From an uncultured Kiritimatiellota bacterium (GTDB taxonomy: Bacteria > Verrucomicrobiota > Kiritimatiellia > RFP12 > UBA1067), in assembly GCA_934675625.1 (NCBI GenBank), contig CAKURH010000001.1, forward strand, positions 474-64,473: DNA of 64,000 nt. Direction: 5' to 3'. Below, in pieces: positions 8,904 through 17,703 of the stretch. Numbering within the stretch: the first letter of the stretch is position 1; each line of letters starts with the position of its first letter. The notes below the pieces were generated by a model. The model was not told where the DNA came from. It made no database searches and saw only the letters and a program-made list of their open reading frames with translations. The position numbers and the translations under genes are program-made.

Positions 8904-8995
8904 TATTTCCAACGCCAAGGTCGCAAAAAGCACATGCGGTTCGTAAAACAGGACAAGATTTTTCGGGAAAACAAATTGCCCGAACGGCCGCCGTA

Positions 8996-9004
8996 TGCTA
9001 TACT
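8996..9004 (+). promoter_or_regulatory. Extended -10-like box TGCTATACT, 7 nt before the ATG at 9012 (leaderless-type)
   Basis: ccgtaTGCTATACTtcacctcATGATG. Confidence 0.35.
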
Positions 9005-9011
9005 TCACCTC

Positions 9012-10772
9012 ATGATGCTGACAAGAGGATTTTTTGCCTTGATTCTGACGGCTGTCGTGTCCGGCCTGTCGTCGTCCGCCGCGCGTGCGGGCGAGACGCC
9101 GGACCCGCGCGTGCGCGCCTACGTCGACCCGGTGCGCGTCGTCTGGCAGACCGAGGCGCGGGCGCGCGACGACGGCTGGCCGGCGCGCGCGCGGGTCGAG
9201 GGCGCCGCGCGGCTGCTGGCGCCCAAGTTCGGGCAGGTCTGCGAGGGGCCGTTCGGGAAGGCTAGCGGTGCGCGGCTCGCGAACGGCGGGGAGGACGCGG
9301 GGCTCATGCTCGACTTCGGCCGCGAGCTGCACGGCGGGCTCCAGCTCGGCGTCAGCCCCGGCGGGACGGCGCGCGCGCGGCTGCGCGTGCGCTTCGGCGA
9401 GTCGGTCGCCGAGGCGATGAGCTCGGTCGGCGAGAGGGGCGCCTCGAACGACCACGCGCTGCGCGACTTCGTCGTGGAGGTGCCGTCGTTCGGCACGCTG
9501 GAGGTCGGCTGCACGGGCTTCCGCTTCGTGCGCCTCGACCTCGTCAGCGGCGGCGAGGTCGGCCTCGAGTTCGTGCGGGCGGTGTCCCTGATGCGCCCGA
9601 TGCGGCGGGTCGGCTCCTTCCGCTCGTCCGACGGGCGGCTGGACCGCGTCTTCGAGACGGCCGTGCGCACGGTGCACCTCTGCTGCCAGGACTACCTGTG
9701 GGACGGCATCAAGCGCGACCGGCTCGTCTGGGTCGGCGACATGCACCCGGAGATGGCGGTGGTCCTGAACGTGTTCGGCGCGGCGGAGATCGTCCCGCGG
9801 TCGCTGGAGTACGCGATCGCCGTGACGCCGCCGGACCGGTGGATGAACACGATGGCGCCCTACACGCTGTGGTTCGTGCGCAACCTCGCCGCGTGGTGCC
9901 GCTACACGGGGCGGGCGGACCTCCTGCGCCGCCACGCGGCCTACTTCCGCGCGACGCTTGCGCACGTCGCGACGGCGGTCTCGCCGGACGGCGAGTGGAC
10001 GGCCGGCAAGTTCCTCGACTGGCCGAACCAGCGCAACCCTGAGGCCGTGGCGGCCGGGATGCAGGGGCTCCTGGCCCTCGCGTGCGACGACGCGGCGGAC
10101 CTGCTCGGCCGCCTCGGCGACGGCGGGGAGGCGCGGGCGTGGCGCGGGCGCGCGGAGGCCGCGCGCCGCGTCCGGGCGGACGCGCACGGCTCGAAGGCGG
10201 CGGCGGCGATGCTCGCGCTCGGCGGCTGCCTCGACCCGCAGGCGGCCTTCCGCGACGTCCTCGGGCGGGACGGCCACCGGGGCGTCTCGACGTTCTACGG
10301 CTACTACATGCTGGAGGCGATGAGCCTGGCGGGCGAGGGGCGGCGCGCGCTCGACACGGTGCGCGACTACTGGGGCGGCATGCTCGACGTCGGCGCGACG
10401 AGCTTCTGGGAGAACTTCGACCTCGCGTGGACGAACGGCTGCTTCCGCATCGACGAGCTGCCCGTCGCGGGCAAGAGGGACGTCCACGGTGACTGTGGCG
10501 AGTTCTGCTACCCGGGCTTCCGGCACTCGCTCTGCCACGGCTGGGCGGGCGGCCCCGCCACGTGGTGCATCGGCCGCGTCCTCGGCATCCGGCCGGTCGC
10601 GGACGGCTGCCGCCGCGTGGAGGTGAGGCCCTGCCTCGGCGACCTCGCCTGGGCGGAGGGGGCGATGGCGCTGCCGGACGGCGGCGCGGTGCGGGTGCGG
10701 GCCGCGCGGCGCGCGGACGGGACGCTGGACGTGCAGGTCGAGGCGCCGGACGGCGTGGAGGTCGTCCGGTGA
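9012..10772 (+). CDS. Secreted six-hairpin glycoside hydrolase, alpha-L-rhamnosidase (GH78)-like
   Basis: Signal-peptide-like N-terminus (MMLTRGFFALILTAVVSGLSSSAARA). DYLWDGIKRDRLVWVGDMHPE matches the D..RDR..W.GD block of the GH78 catalytic (alpha/alpha)6 domain. The track ORF starts at 8934, but the internal MM at 9012 follows a -10 box. Confidence 0.6.
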   Translation: MMLTRGFFALILTAVVSGLSSSAARAGETPDPRVRAYVDPVRVVWQTEARARDDGWPARARVEGAARLLAPKFGQVCEGPFGKASGARLANGGEDAGLMLDFGRELHGGLQLGVSPGGTARARLRVRFGESVAEAMSSVGERGASNDHALRDFVVEVPSFGTLEVGCTGFRFVRLDLVSGGEVGLEFVRAVSLMRPMRRVGSFRSSDGRLDRVFETAVRTVHLCCQDYLWDGIKRDRLVWVGDMHPEMAVVLNVFGAAEIVPRSLEYAIAVTPPDRWMNTMAPYTLWFVRNLAAWCRYTGRADLLRRHAAYFRATLAHVATAVSPDGEWTAGKFLDWPNQRNPEAVAAGMQGLLALACDDAADLLGRLGDGGEARAWRGRAEAARRVRADAHGSKAAAAMLALGGCLDPQAAFRDVLGRDGHRGVSTFYGYYMLEAMSLAGEGRRALDTVRDYWGGMLDVGATSFWENFDLAWTNGCFRIDELPVAGKRDVHGDCGEFCYPGFRHSLCHGWAGGPATWCIGRVLGIRPVADGCRRVEVRPCLGDLAWAEGAMALPDGGAVRVRAARRADGTLDVQVEAPDGVEVVR

Positions 10773-13700
10773 CGAACCTCCGCATTTACCTCACTGCGGG
10801 GGTTGGCTTCCTCGCGCTGGCGCTCGCGGGAACGGGCCGCCTCTGCGCGCAGGGCGCGGACGAGGCCCCGGCAGAGGAAGTGGTCGAGCGCCGCACGTCG
10901 CTGAACGGCACATGGAAGTTTTCGGGGCTGGTCGCCGCGCCGCGCCCGTTCGGTTCGCTCACGGACAAGGAGCGTGAACGCCTGTCGCCGATGACGGACG
11001 ATGCGGACTGGCAGACGATTCCCGTGCCGCGCGACTGGTGGACGCTGCCGAAATATGAAACCTACCGAAGCGGGCCTTTCGACACGAACCGCGTCTACTT
11101 CTGCGGCTTCTATCGCAAGGCGTTTGCGGTCGCGACGCCGCGCGACGGACGGCGGCGGTTTCTGCGGTTCGAGGAAATTGGCGCGGAGGCGGAGCTGTTC
11201 GTCAACGGACGGTTTGTCGCGCACCACCTCGGCGATTTCGTGCCGTTCGAGGCCGAGGTGACGGATTTCCTCGTCGCCGGGACGAACCTCGTCGCCCTGC
11301 GCGTCCGTGCTGACTACGCGCCGCTCGTGCCGCCGCCGAACAAGCCGCCCTACACGCGCCCCTATGGTGCGCACTGGGATCGCTACGCGATCAAGGGCGG
11401 CCTTTGGCACAACGTCACGCTGATCGAGACGCCGTCCGTCCGTCTGACCGAAGTGCGCGTCGATCCGGCGGAAGACCTGTCGTCGGTGCGCATCCGCCTC
11501 GTCGTCGACAACGCGGGCGGGCGGCTGGACGGCACGCTCACCGCCACGTGGGCGGCGGACACGGCGGCGAACGCGGCACGCCCCGTCGCCACCAGTCGGG
11601 AGACGGTGTGCGCGTCGGGGCGGACGGATCTCACGCTGGACCTCGCGGCGGGCGGACGCAAGCCTTGGTCGCTTGAGGCGCCGAATCTCCATTCCCTCGT
11701 CCTCGTGCTGACGGATGCCGCCGGACGCGTCCGCGCCACGCAGCGGGTGCGCCTCGGCCTCCGCACGATGCGCGTCCGCAACGGACGCTTTGAACTCAAC
11801 GGCGCACCGGTTTACCTCGTCGGCGACTCGCTGCATTCCCACAAGTACGGTGGGCGCGGACGCGACAATCTGGCGGACATCCGCCGTGACCTCGCGGCGT
11901 GGAAGGCGAACGGCGTCAACCTGCTGCGGACGGCGCATGCGCCGGCGATTCCCGAAGTCTACGATATGGCCGACGAGCTGGGGCTGATGATCTACGACGA
12001 ATGGTGCATGAGCTTCTGCAACACGTTGGACGAAGCGGCGTTCGAGCGAAACAACCTCCCGGCACTGGCGGCCTTTGTCCGCCGTGACTACAACCACGCA
12101 AGCGTCGTGTGCTGGAGCCTTGGAAACGAGGTGAAACACCAATCGCCCGAAGTCGGGCGGCAGCTCGATCTCCAGTACGATCTCGTCAAGCGTCTGGACG
12201 GGCAGAACCGTCCGGCCTGCGCCTTTTCGGGCGTGGCCGACGTCTGGCTCTACGGCACGGCGCGACGCAAGACTGACTTTCTCGACACGCACCGCTACCA
12301 CGGCATCGATTCACGCAGCTGGACGGAGTGGTTTCCGGCGATGAACGCATTCTACGCGCAGATGGCGGCGACGTATGGACGGGACGGACGCCTGGATCTG
12401 CCGCTGTTTCTGGGTGAGTGCGTCGGCGCGGGCTGGGGCATCCGTTCCGATGACGGGATGCGTCCGGGTGCTGTCGCGCGTTACGTGGACTGGTCGCGTC
12501 GCCCCTGTTCATGGGGCAAGTCGGAAGGGATGCCGTTCGCCGGCGCGACAGGGCTTTTGCCGATTCTCGATTCGGCGCGGGGGCGGCATTACCTGCAAGG
12601 CTATCTCGCGACGCGCCTGGTTGACCTGTTCCGCCAGGATCGGCGGCTCGCGGGCTTCGCGCCTTGGTTCGCCGATCCGACGGTGCCGGGGTGGATGCGT
12701 TGGACGCAGCCGACGTATCCGCTGTTGCGGAATGACGCCACGGACAGCGGACGGCTGATGTTCCGCCAATTGTTTGCGGGCGAGACGCGGCGCATCGACT
12801 GTGTGCTTGTAAACGACACGGCGCAGACGTTGGTCGGATTACGTGCGCACGTGTCGTTTGCAGACGGTTCGCGGGAGGTTCCGCTGACGTCGGTGGATGT
12901 GGGTGTGGCCGGGCCGTTTGCGGAAGCTGTCCGTCCGTTGGATCTGACGTTGCCGCCGGACGTGGCGGGTGATGGCGAGATCCGTCTGCGCGTCGTCGAT
13001 GCCGCCGGACGCGACAGCCGCAACGCCTATTCCGTGCGTGTGCACCGTCGCGCCGAGGCGACTGCGCCCGTGGCGGACGCGGCGGCACACGAGATGGTGC
13101 TTTATGCGGCGGACGCCACGTTGGAGGCGGTCTGTCGCCGTCTAGGTCTCCGCGCACGAGTTTGGCCGGACGGTGCCGAACTGCCGGAATCGGGAACGCT
13201 CGTCGTGCCGCCGGGCGCGGCGGTGCGGTCGGATCGCGAACTGGCGGCCTTCGTCCGGCGCGGCGGCACGTTGCTGGCGTTGGAGCCGGACGGATTGACG
13301 CCGCCGGGGTTTCCGTTCCTGCGTCTGCGTGCCGCGCCGAACCACTTGGTCGAGCCAGTGTCCGTCGCGCATCCTGTCTTCGACGGTCTGACGGCGTCGG
13401 ACTTCGATACGTGGGCGGAGCGTCCGAATGGGCACGTCGTCGAACGTGTCCTCGCGCCGATCGACGCGGGTGTGCTGGCGGCGCGTCCGCGCTACATCAA
13501 GGACGCGGCGGGCATGGCGTTGGCCGAGTATCGCTTCGGCGCGGGACGGTATGTGGTCTCGACGGTCGCGGCACACGGCCTTTGGGGCGTCAATCCGGCG
13601 GCGACGCGGTATCTGCGCAACTTGCTCGCCTCTGTTGTGGGCGGACAGCACGACGGGGCGGCGGCGCCCATGCTCGATCCGCCGGATTTTCGCCCGACGC

Positions 13701-14137
13701 CGACGGCACTCAGCGACGATCCGCTGGTCGTGCAACGTGCAGATGCGCCGCCGCGCCGCATCGATTTCCCGGCGGCGGTGACGAACGCGCCGTTCAAGAT
13801 CCTGTTCTTCGGAAAGGACAAGGCGAAGCTTGCGACGAACCGCTACCGCTACCTGACGCTGACGTTCGCAAGCCGGTCGAAAGGATTGGTCGACATCACG
13901 ATTCCAGAAAGAGGCCATCGCAACCGCCTGACGACGACGCTGCCGCTCGCCTGTTCGGATGGTGCGCCGGTGACGGTGCGGCTGGATCTCGAAAAGGACT
14001 TCCGTTTTGCGCGGCCGGGGACGTTTTCGCTGTCCGAGGCGCGTGGCGAGATCATCCTCTACAATGGCTACGAAAAAGATCAGGGTTCTCCGCGTCCGCC
14101 GGCGTCATTCACGCTCCATGAGGTGAAGTTTGAATGA
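10769..14137 (+). CDS. Large secreted GH2-family glycoside hydrolase (about 1120 aa)
   Basis: A GTG start overlaps the upstream stop (GTGA) and gives the signal peptide VTNLRIYLTAGVGFLALALAG. GH2 sugar-binding-domain blocks are present (NGRFVAHHLGDFVPFEAEVTDFL; WHNVTLIETP), followed by long C-terminal extensions. Confidence 0.7.
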   Translation: MTNLRIYLTAGVGFLALALAGTGRLCAQGADEAPAEEVVERRTSLNGTWKFSGLVAAPRPFGSLTDKERERLSPMTDDADWQTIPVPRDWWTLPKYETYRSGPFDTNRVYFCGFYRKAFAVATPRDGRRRFLRFEEIGAEAELFVNGRFVAHHLGDFVPFEAEVTDFLVAGTNLVALRVRADYAPLVPPPNKPPYTRPYGAHWDRYAIKGGLWHNVTLIETPSVRLTEVRVDPAEDLSSVRIRLVVDNAGGRLDGTLTATWAADTAANAARPVATSRETVCASGRTDLTLDLAAGGRKPWSLEAPNLHSLVLVLTDAAGRVRATQRVRLGLRTMRVRNGRFELNGAPVYLVGDSLHSHKYGGRGRDNLADIRRDLAAWKANGVNLLRTAHAPAIPEVYDMADELGLMIYDEWCMSFCNTLDEAAFERNNLPALAAFVRRDYNHASVVCWSLGNEVKHQSPEVGRQLDLQYDLVKRLDGQNRPACAFSGVADVWLYGTARRKTDFLDTHRYHGIDSRSWTEWFPAMNAFYAQMAATYGRDGRLDLPLFLGECVGAGWGIRSDDGMRPGAVARYVDWSRRPCSWGKSEGMPFAGATGLLPILDSARGRHYLQGYLATRLVDLFRQDRRLAGFAPWFADPTVPGWMRWTQPTYPLLRNDATDSGRLMFRQLFAGETRRIDCVLVNDTAQTLVGLRAHVSFADGSREVPLTSVDVGVAGPFAEAVRPLDLTLPPDVAGDGEIRLRVVDAAGRDSRNAYSVRVHRRAEATAPVADAAAHEMVLYAADATLEAVCRRLGLRARVWPDGAELPESGTLVVPPGAAVRSDRELAAFVRRGGTLLALEPDGLTPPGFPFLRLRAAPNHLVEPVSVAHPVFDGLTASDFDTWAERPNGHVVERVLAPIDAGVLAARPRYIKDAAGMALAEYRFGAGRYVVSTVAAHGLWGVNPAATRYLRNLLASVVGGQHDGAAAPMLDPPDFRPTPTALSDDPLVVQRADAPPRRIDFPAAVTNAPFKILFFGKDKAKLATNRYRYLTLTFASRSKGLVDITIPERGHRNRLTTTLPLACSDGAPVTVRLDLEKDFRFARPGTFSLSEARGEIILYNGYEKDQGSPRPPASFTLHEVKFE

Positions 14138-14234
14138 CTGGGGAAGGCCGTGGAAGCGCACACGGAGGCACGGAGAGACGGAGAAAGACGACGTGCAGAT
14201 TTTCAGGATAAACGAAAGAAAGGAAACAAACGAA

Positions 14235-16991
14235 ATGAAGACAGAAGTTCTGGGATTGGTGGCGGCTGTGTTGTGCGGTCTGTCGGCCGTGGCGGCGCAT
14301 GACGCGACGAACGACTGGAACGTCGCGACGGGCGATGCGGCGGAGGCCGCGAACTTCAGTCCGGCGACGGCACCGGGCGCGACGGGCCTCGTCCGCGTCG
14401 GGAACGGCGGCACGCTGTCGGTGACGAGCGACCTCGCGTGGGGTGCGCTGTGGGTCGGCACGGCATCGGCGGACGGTGCGGTCGAGCAGACGGCGGGGAC
14501 GCTGACGTTGTCCGAACCCGGCACGGCGTCGGGCGACGGCACGTTGCGGCTGGGCGATACGAAAGGTTGCCTTGGCACGTATCGGCTGACGGACGGCACG
14601 CTGGACGTTCAGAAGGGCAACCCGCAGATTGGCGTGAATGGCGACGGCCTCTTGTCGGTTGCGGGCGGCACGTTCCGCGCCGTAGGGTATCCGTCCGTCG
14701 GACGGTATGCCGCGGCTTATGGCCAACTCCTTCAGACAGGAGGCTTCGTGGATCTTTCGTCGGCCTCGCAACTGACGGTAGGCGAGAGTGGCGTCGGCAC
14801 GTTGACGCTCGCAGGCGGTGCGGCGCAGGTGAAGAAGATGGTCGTCGGTGCGGGCGAGACGGGGCGTGGCCTCGTCAACCTGTGCGCGGGCGGTTCGCTG
14901 TCCGTGGGCGCAGTGTCGGGTGGCAAGGCCACGGACACGCGCTTCAACGCCGTGGGCGGGACACTGAAACCGCAGTCCTCTGCCGAGAGCGTACCGGACT
15001 GGTTTGCGGGCGTTCCCGTCACGGTCGGTGCGGGCGGCCTCGTTGTCGATACGGACGGCAAAACGGCAACGCTCGCCGCGCCGCTCTCCGCCTCGCGGCT
15101 TGTGGCGGAGAATCTTGCGCACCGGTGGAGCTTCAACGGCGACTGGACGGATTCCGTCGGCGCGCAGGATGCGATGGCGGCGGGGGCACAGGCGGATCAG
15201 ATTGCGTTCGCGGATGGCGAAGTGCGTTTGCCGGGGCTCGGCAAGGGACAGGCCACGCTTGCGCTCGGCGCGGGTGTCGTGCCGAGCGGATTGGACGGCG
15301 TGACGATCGAGCTGTGGGCGACGCCTGAAGAGACGCGCATCTGGTCGCGCGTCTTCACGGCGGCTTCGGCGGACGGGGCTCAGACGCTGTATCTTGCGTG
15401 GGCGAATGACCAGAACGTCGAGAAGGGTGCGTTTTGCCTGAAGGCGAACGGCGAGACGCTGTGGAACAACACGTCGGATTTTGCGCCGCTTGCGTTGGGG
15501 CGGAAGTGGCATTTCGCCTTCGTCTTCGCGAAGTCCGGCGCGGGCTGGACGGTGACGGCGCTGAAGCAGGATCCGCGCACGGGCTTCCGCGTCCAGAGCG
15601 AGACGAAGACGATCGCATCGGGCGACTGGGATCCGGCGAGCCTGTTCAGCGGCTTCTTCAACCTCGGCTATTCGGCCAATGACGCGGATGCCTGTGCGCG
15701 CTATGACGAGGTGCGCGTCTGGAAGGTCGCCCTCACCGAAAGCGAGCTGCTGGAGTCGGCGACGCGCGGGCCGGATGCGGACTTCGCGACGCCGCCGGTT
15801 CTCCGCAAGGCGGGCGACGGGACGCTTGCGCTGACGGCGGCGGCGTCCTATGCGGGCGCGACGGACGTCACGGCGGGCACATTGGCTTTGGCAACGCCGG
15901 AAATGCCAGTTCATCGGTGGCATGAGACCATTGAACTGCCGGGCGGCGCACACGGTACGGCGTACAGGGCGCTCGGCAAGGGGCTGTTGCCGACGACGGA
16001 GGCCGGCTTCACGCTGGAACTCTGGGCTACGTTGCACGAGGCACGCAATTGGTCGCGGCTCTTCACGTTCGCCGATGAGGGCAATGCGAACGGCTTCTTC
16101 ATGACGTGGGTGAGCGGCACGGACAACTCGAAGGACATGATCGGTCTGCGTCAGCAGAAGACAACGACCGTCAGCAACAAGATGGCACCCTACGAACTGG
16201 AGGTTCCCTATCATGTGACCGTTGTCTGCGTGAAGGTTGAAGACGCCTGGAAATTCCGCTTCTACAAGCGGAACGTCCGCACGGGTGACTTGGAGAAGAC
16301 CTACGAAATGAAGACGCCGGATGGTTGGACGCCGTCAGCGCTTGCGGCCTGCGCGTTCAACCTCGGCTGGTCGACGGACAGCGGGAACGACGATGCGGCG
16401 GCGCGTTACGACGAGATCCGCATTTGGAATCGTGCGTTCACCGAAGCCGACGTGGTGGCGTCGGGTTGTGCGGGTGCGGATCGTCTGCCGTTCTTCGTAT
16501 CGGAAGATGCGACGTGCAGCGCCTTGCCGGAAGCAACGGATCTCGTGGTGGCGGACGGGGCGACCGTTGCGCTTGGCGGCGCGTCGCAGACCGTGAAAAC
16601 CCTGTCGGGTGCGGGCACGGTGTCCGGATCGGGCACGCTGACGGCGACGGCGGGCATCTTTCCCGGCGGCTCGGGTGCGATTGGCGAGCTGACGCTGGCG
16701 GCGGACGTGAAGGTGGTCGGCGAGGTTGTCTTGGACGTGTCGGCGGACGGCATGAGCGACGCACTGGCGTTTGCGGTCGACGGAACCTACGACGTGTCGG
16801 GGTTGCGTTTGGCGGTCGCCGATCCGGCGAAGCTCGATCCGACGAAGCGGTATGCGGTCTTGCGGCCGAACGGTGCGACGTTGCTCGGCGAACCGGATGT
16901 ATCGGCCCTGCCGGACGGTTGGCGTCTGCGGTTGAGAAACGGCGTCGTCCAGTTAGCCTGCCGTCGCGGCCTGGCGATTCTGCTACGCTGA
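14235..16991 (+). CDS. Large secreted surface protein (918 aa) with Gly/Thr-rich beta-strand repeats and two LamG/concanavalin-like (Laminin_G_3-type) domains
   Basis: Signal peptide MKTEVLGLVAAVLCGLSAVAA. Internal duplication, each copy ending with the LamG hallmark (DEVRVWKVALTESEL / DEIRIWNRAFTEADV). N-terminal GTLT/GGTL repeats resemble autotransporter-associated beta-strand repeats. Confidence 0.7.
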   Translation: MKTEVLGLVAAVLCGLSAVAAHDATNDWNVATGDAAEAANFSPATAPGATGLVRVGNGGTLSVTSDLAWGALWVGTASADGAVEQTAGTLTLSEPGTASGDGTLRLGDTKGCLGTYRLTDGTLDVQKGNPQIGVNGDGLLSVAGGTFRAVGYPSVGRYAAAYGQLLQTGGFVDLSSASQLTVGESGVGTLTLAGGAAQVKKMVVGAGETGRGLVNLCAGGSLSVGAVSGGKATDTRFNAVGGTLKPQSSAESVPDWFAGVPVTVGAGGLVVDTDGKTATLAAPLSASRLVAENLAHRWSFNGDWTDSVGAQDAMAAGAQADQIAFADGEVRLPGLGKGQATLALGAGVVPSGLDGVTIELWATPEETRIWSRVFTAASADGAQTLYLAWANDQNVEKGAFCLKANGETLWNNTSDFAPLALGRKWHFAFVFAKSGAGWTVTALKQDPRTGFRVQSETKTIASGDWDPASLFSGFFNLGYSANDADACARYDEVRVWKVALTESELLESATRGPDADFATPPVLRKAGDGTLALTAAASYAGATDVTAGTLALATPEMPVHRWHETIELPGGAHGTAYRALGKGLLPTTEAGFTLELWATLHEARNWSRLFTFADEGNANGFFMTWVSGTDNSKDMIGLRQQKTTTVSNKMAPYELEVPYHVTVVCVKVEDAWKFRFYKRNVRTGDLEKTYEMKTPDGWTPSALAACAFNLGWSTDSGNDDAAARYDEIRIWNRAFTEADVVASGCAGADRLPFFVSEDATCSALPEATDLVVADGATVALGGASQTVKTLSGAGTVSGSGTLTATAGIFPGGSGAIGELTLAADVKVVGEVVLDVSADGMSDALAFAVDGTYDVSGLRLAVADPAKLDPTKRYAVLRPNGATLLGEPDVSALPDGWRLRLRNGVVQLACRRGLAILLR

Positions 16992-17056
16992 CATCAAGTT
17001 TTCTCGTTTTGGCGCTTCGTTTCGACGAAAAGCCTTTGCGGACTTTGCGTCAAAAG

Positions 17057-17376
17057 CCTTTGCGACCTTTGCGTTGAAAAGAAGTATGGGGTGCAAGAAC
17101 AGTTCGCAGTCTCTGCGAGAGGTCGTCGGCGCGTGGGGAGTCTGCGACGCTGAACACGGAGGTGTTGGAGGAAGGGAGGCACGGAGGTGGTGTGAGGCTT
17201 GGGACTCCGTGTCTCACGAACTCCGTCACCTCCGTGTTAAACGCCGTAGGCAACAGGGCTCTGCCAGACTTTTTGTATTCTAACGCAAAGAACGCAGAGG
17301 GGAGAAACGCGAAGAGCGCAAAGACCTTTGCGACCTTTGCGTTGAAAAGAAGTATGGGGTGCAAGAACAGTTCGCA
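17057..17376. repeat. About 268-bp tandem duplication: two 52-bp direct repeats (17057-17108 and 17325-17376) flanking MITE copy A1
   Basis: cctttgcgacctttgcgttgaaaagaagtatggggtgcaagaacagttcgca occurs twice. Confidence 0.6.
17140..17264. repeat. MITE-like palindromic repeat, copy A1 (core …GCTGAACACGGAGG…CCTCCGTGTTAAACGC…)
   Basis: Internal inverted repeats aacacggaggtg/cacctccgtgtt and ggcacggag/ctccgtgtc. Homologous to at least 9 other copies in this window. Confidence 0.7.
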
Positions 17377-17501
17377 TGTGGTGCGAAGCCAGCCTCTCGC
17401 TACGCTCTCCTTGCCCCGCGAAGCGGCACCTGTGTTAAAAAACGCCGACCGAGGTGACGCAAAAAAAGCGCAAATAAGGAGAATCGCAAAAAGTGCGTTT
17501 G

Positions 17502-17519
17502 CCCCTTTATATAAAGGGG
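17502..17519. promoter_or_regulatory. Perfect 18-bp palindrome CCCCTTTATATAAAGGGG in the long leader region of the beta-helix gene
   Basis: Seen directly. Followed by a duplicated ttgcgcgaaatagacgg motif (17543-17580). Confidence 0.3.
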
Positions 17520-17666
17520 TTGGTGCAAGTTTCGGGAAAAGAGTTTGCGCGAAATAGACGGCAATTTTTGCGCGAAATAGACGGAAGAATTTGACAAGAA
17601 ACCCCGGTTTATGATAGACTTCACATTTGTCACGTGGAGGAATCGGGTGTGTCTATACGGTGTAGT

Positions 17667-17679
17667 CCCCCCCCCCCCC
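17667..17679. repeat. Homopolymeric C13 tract 24 nt upstream of the start codon of the 1397-aa beta-helix surface protein; candidate slipped-strand phase-variation switch
   Basis: gtgtagt-CCCCCCCCCCCCC-attaaatgctaaaaaatactaaaaATG. Confidence 0.55.
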
Positions 17680-17703
17680 ATTAAATGCTAAAAAATACTA
17701 AAA

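Noticed and set aside
10562-10768. ATG at 10562 as the start of the GH2 gene (ORF-track start)
   Set aside because: It would overlap the preceding GH78-like gene by about 210 nt and encode a Pro/Arg/Gly-rich junk N-terminus. The GTG at 10769 gives a proper signal peptide.
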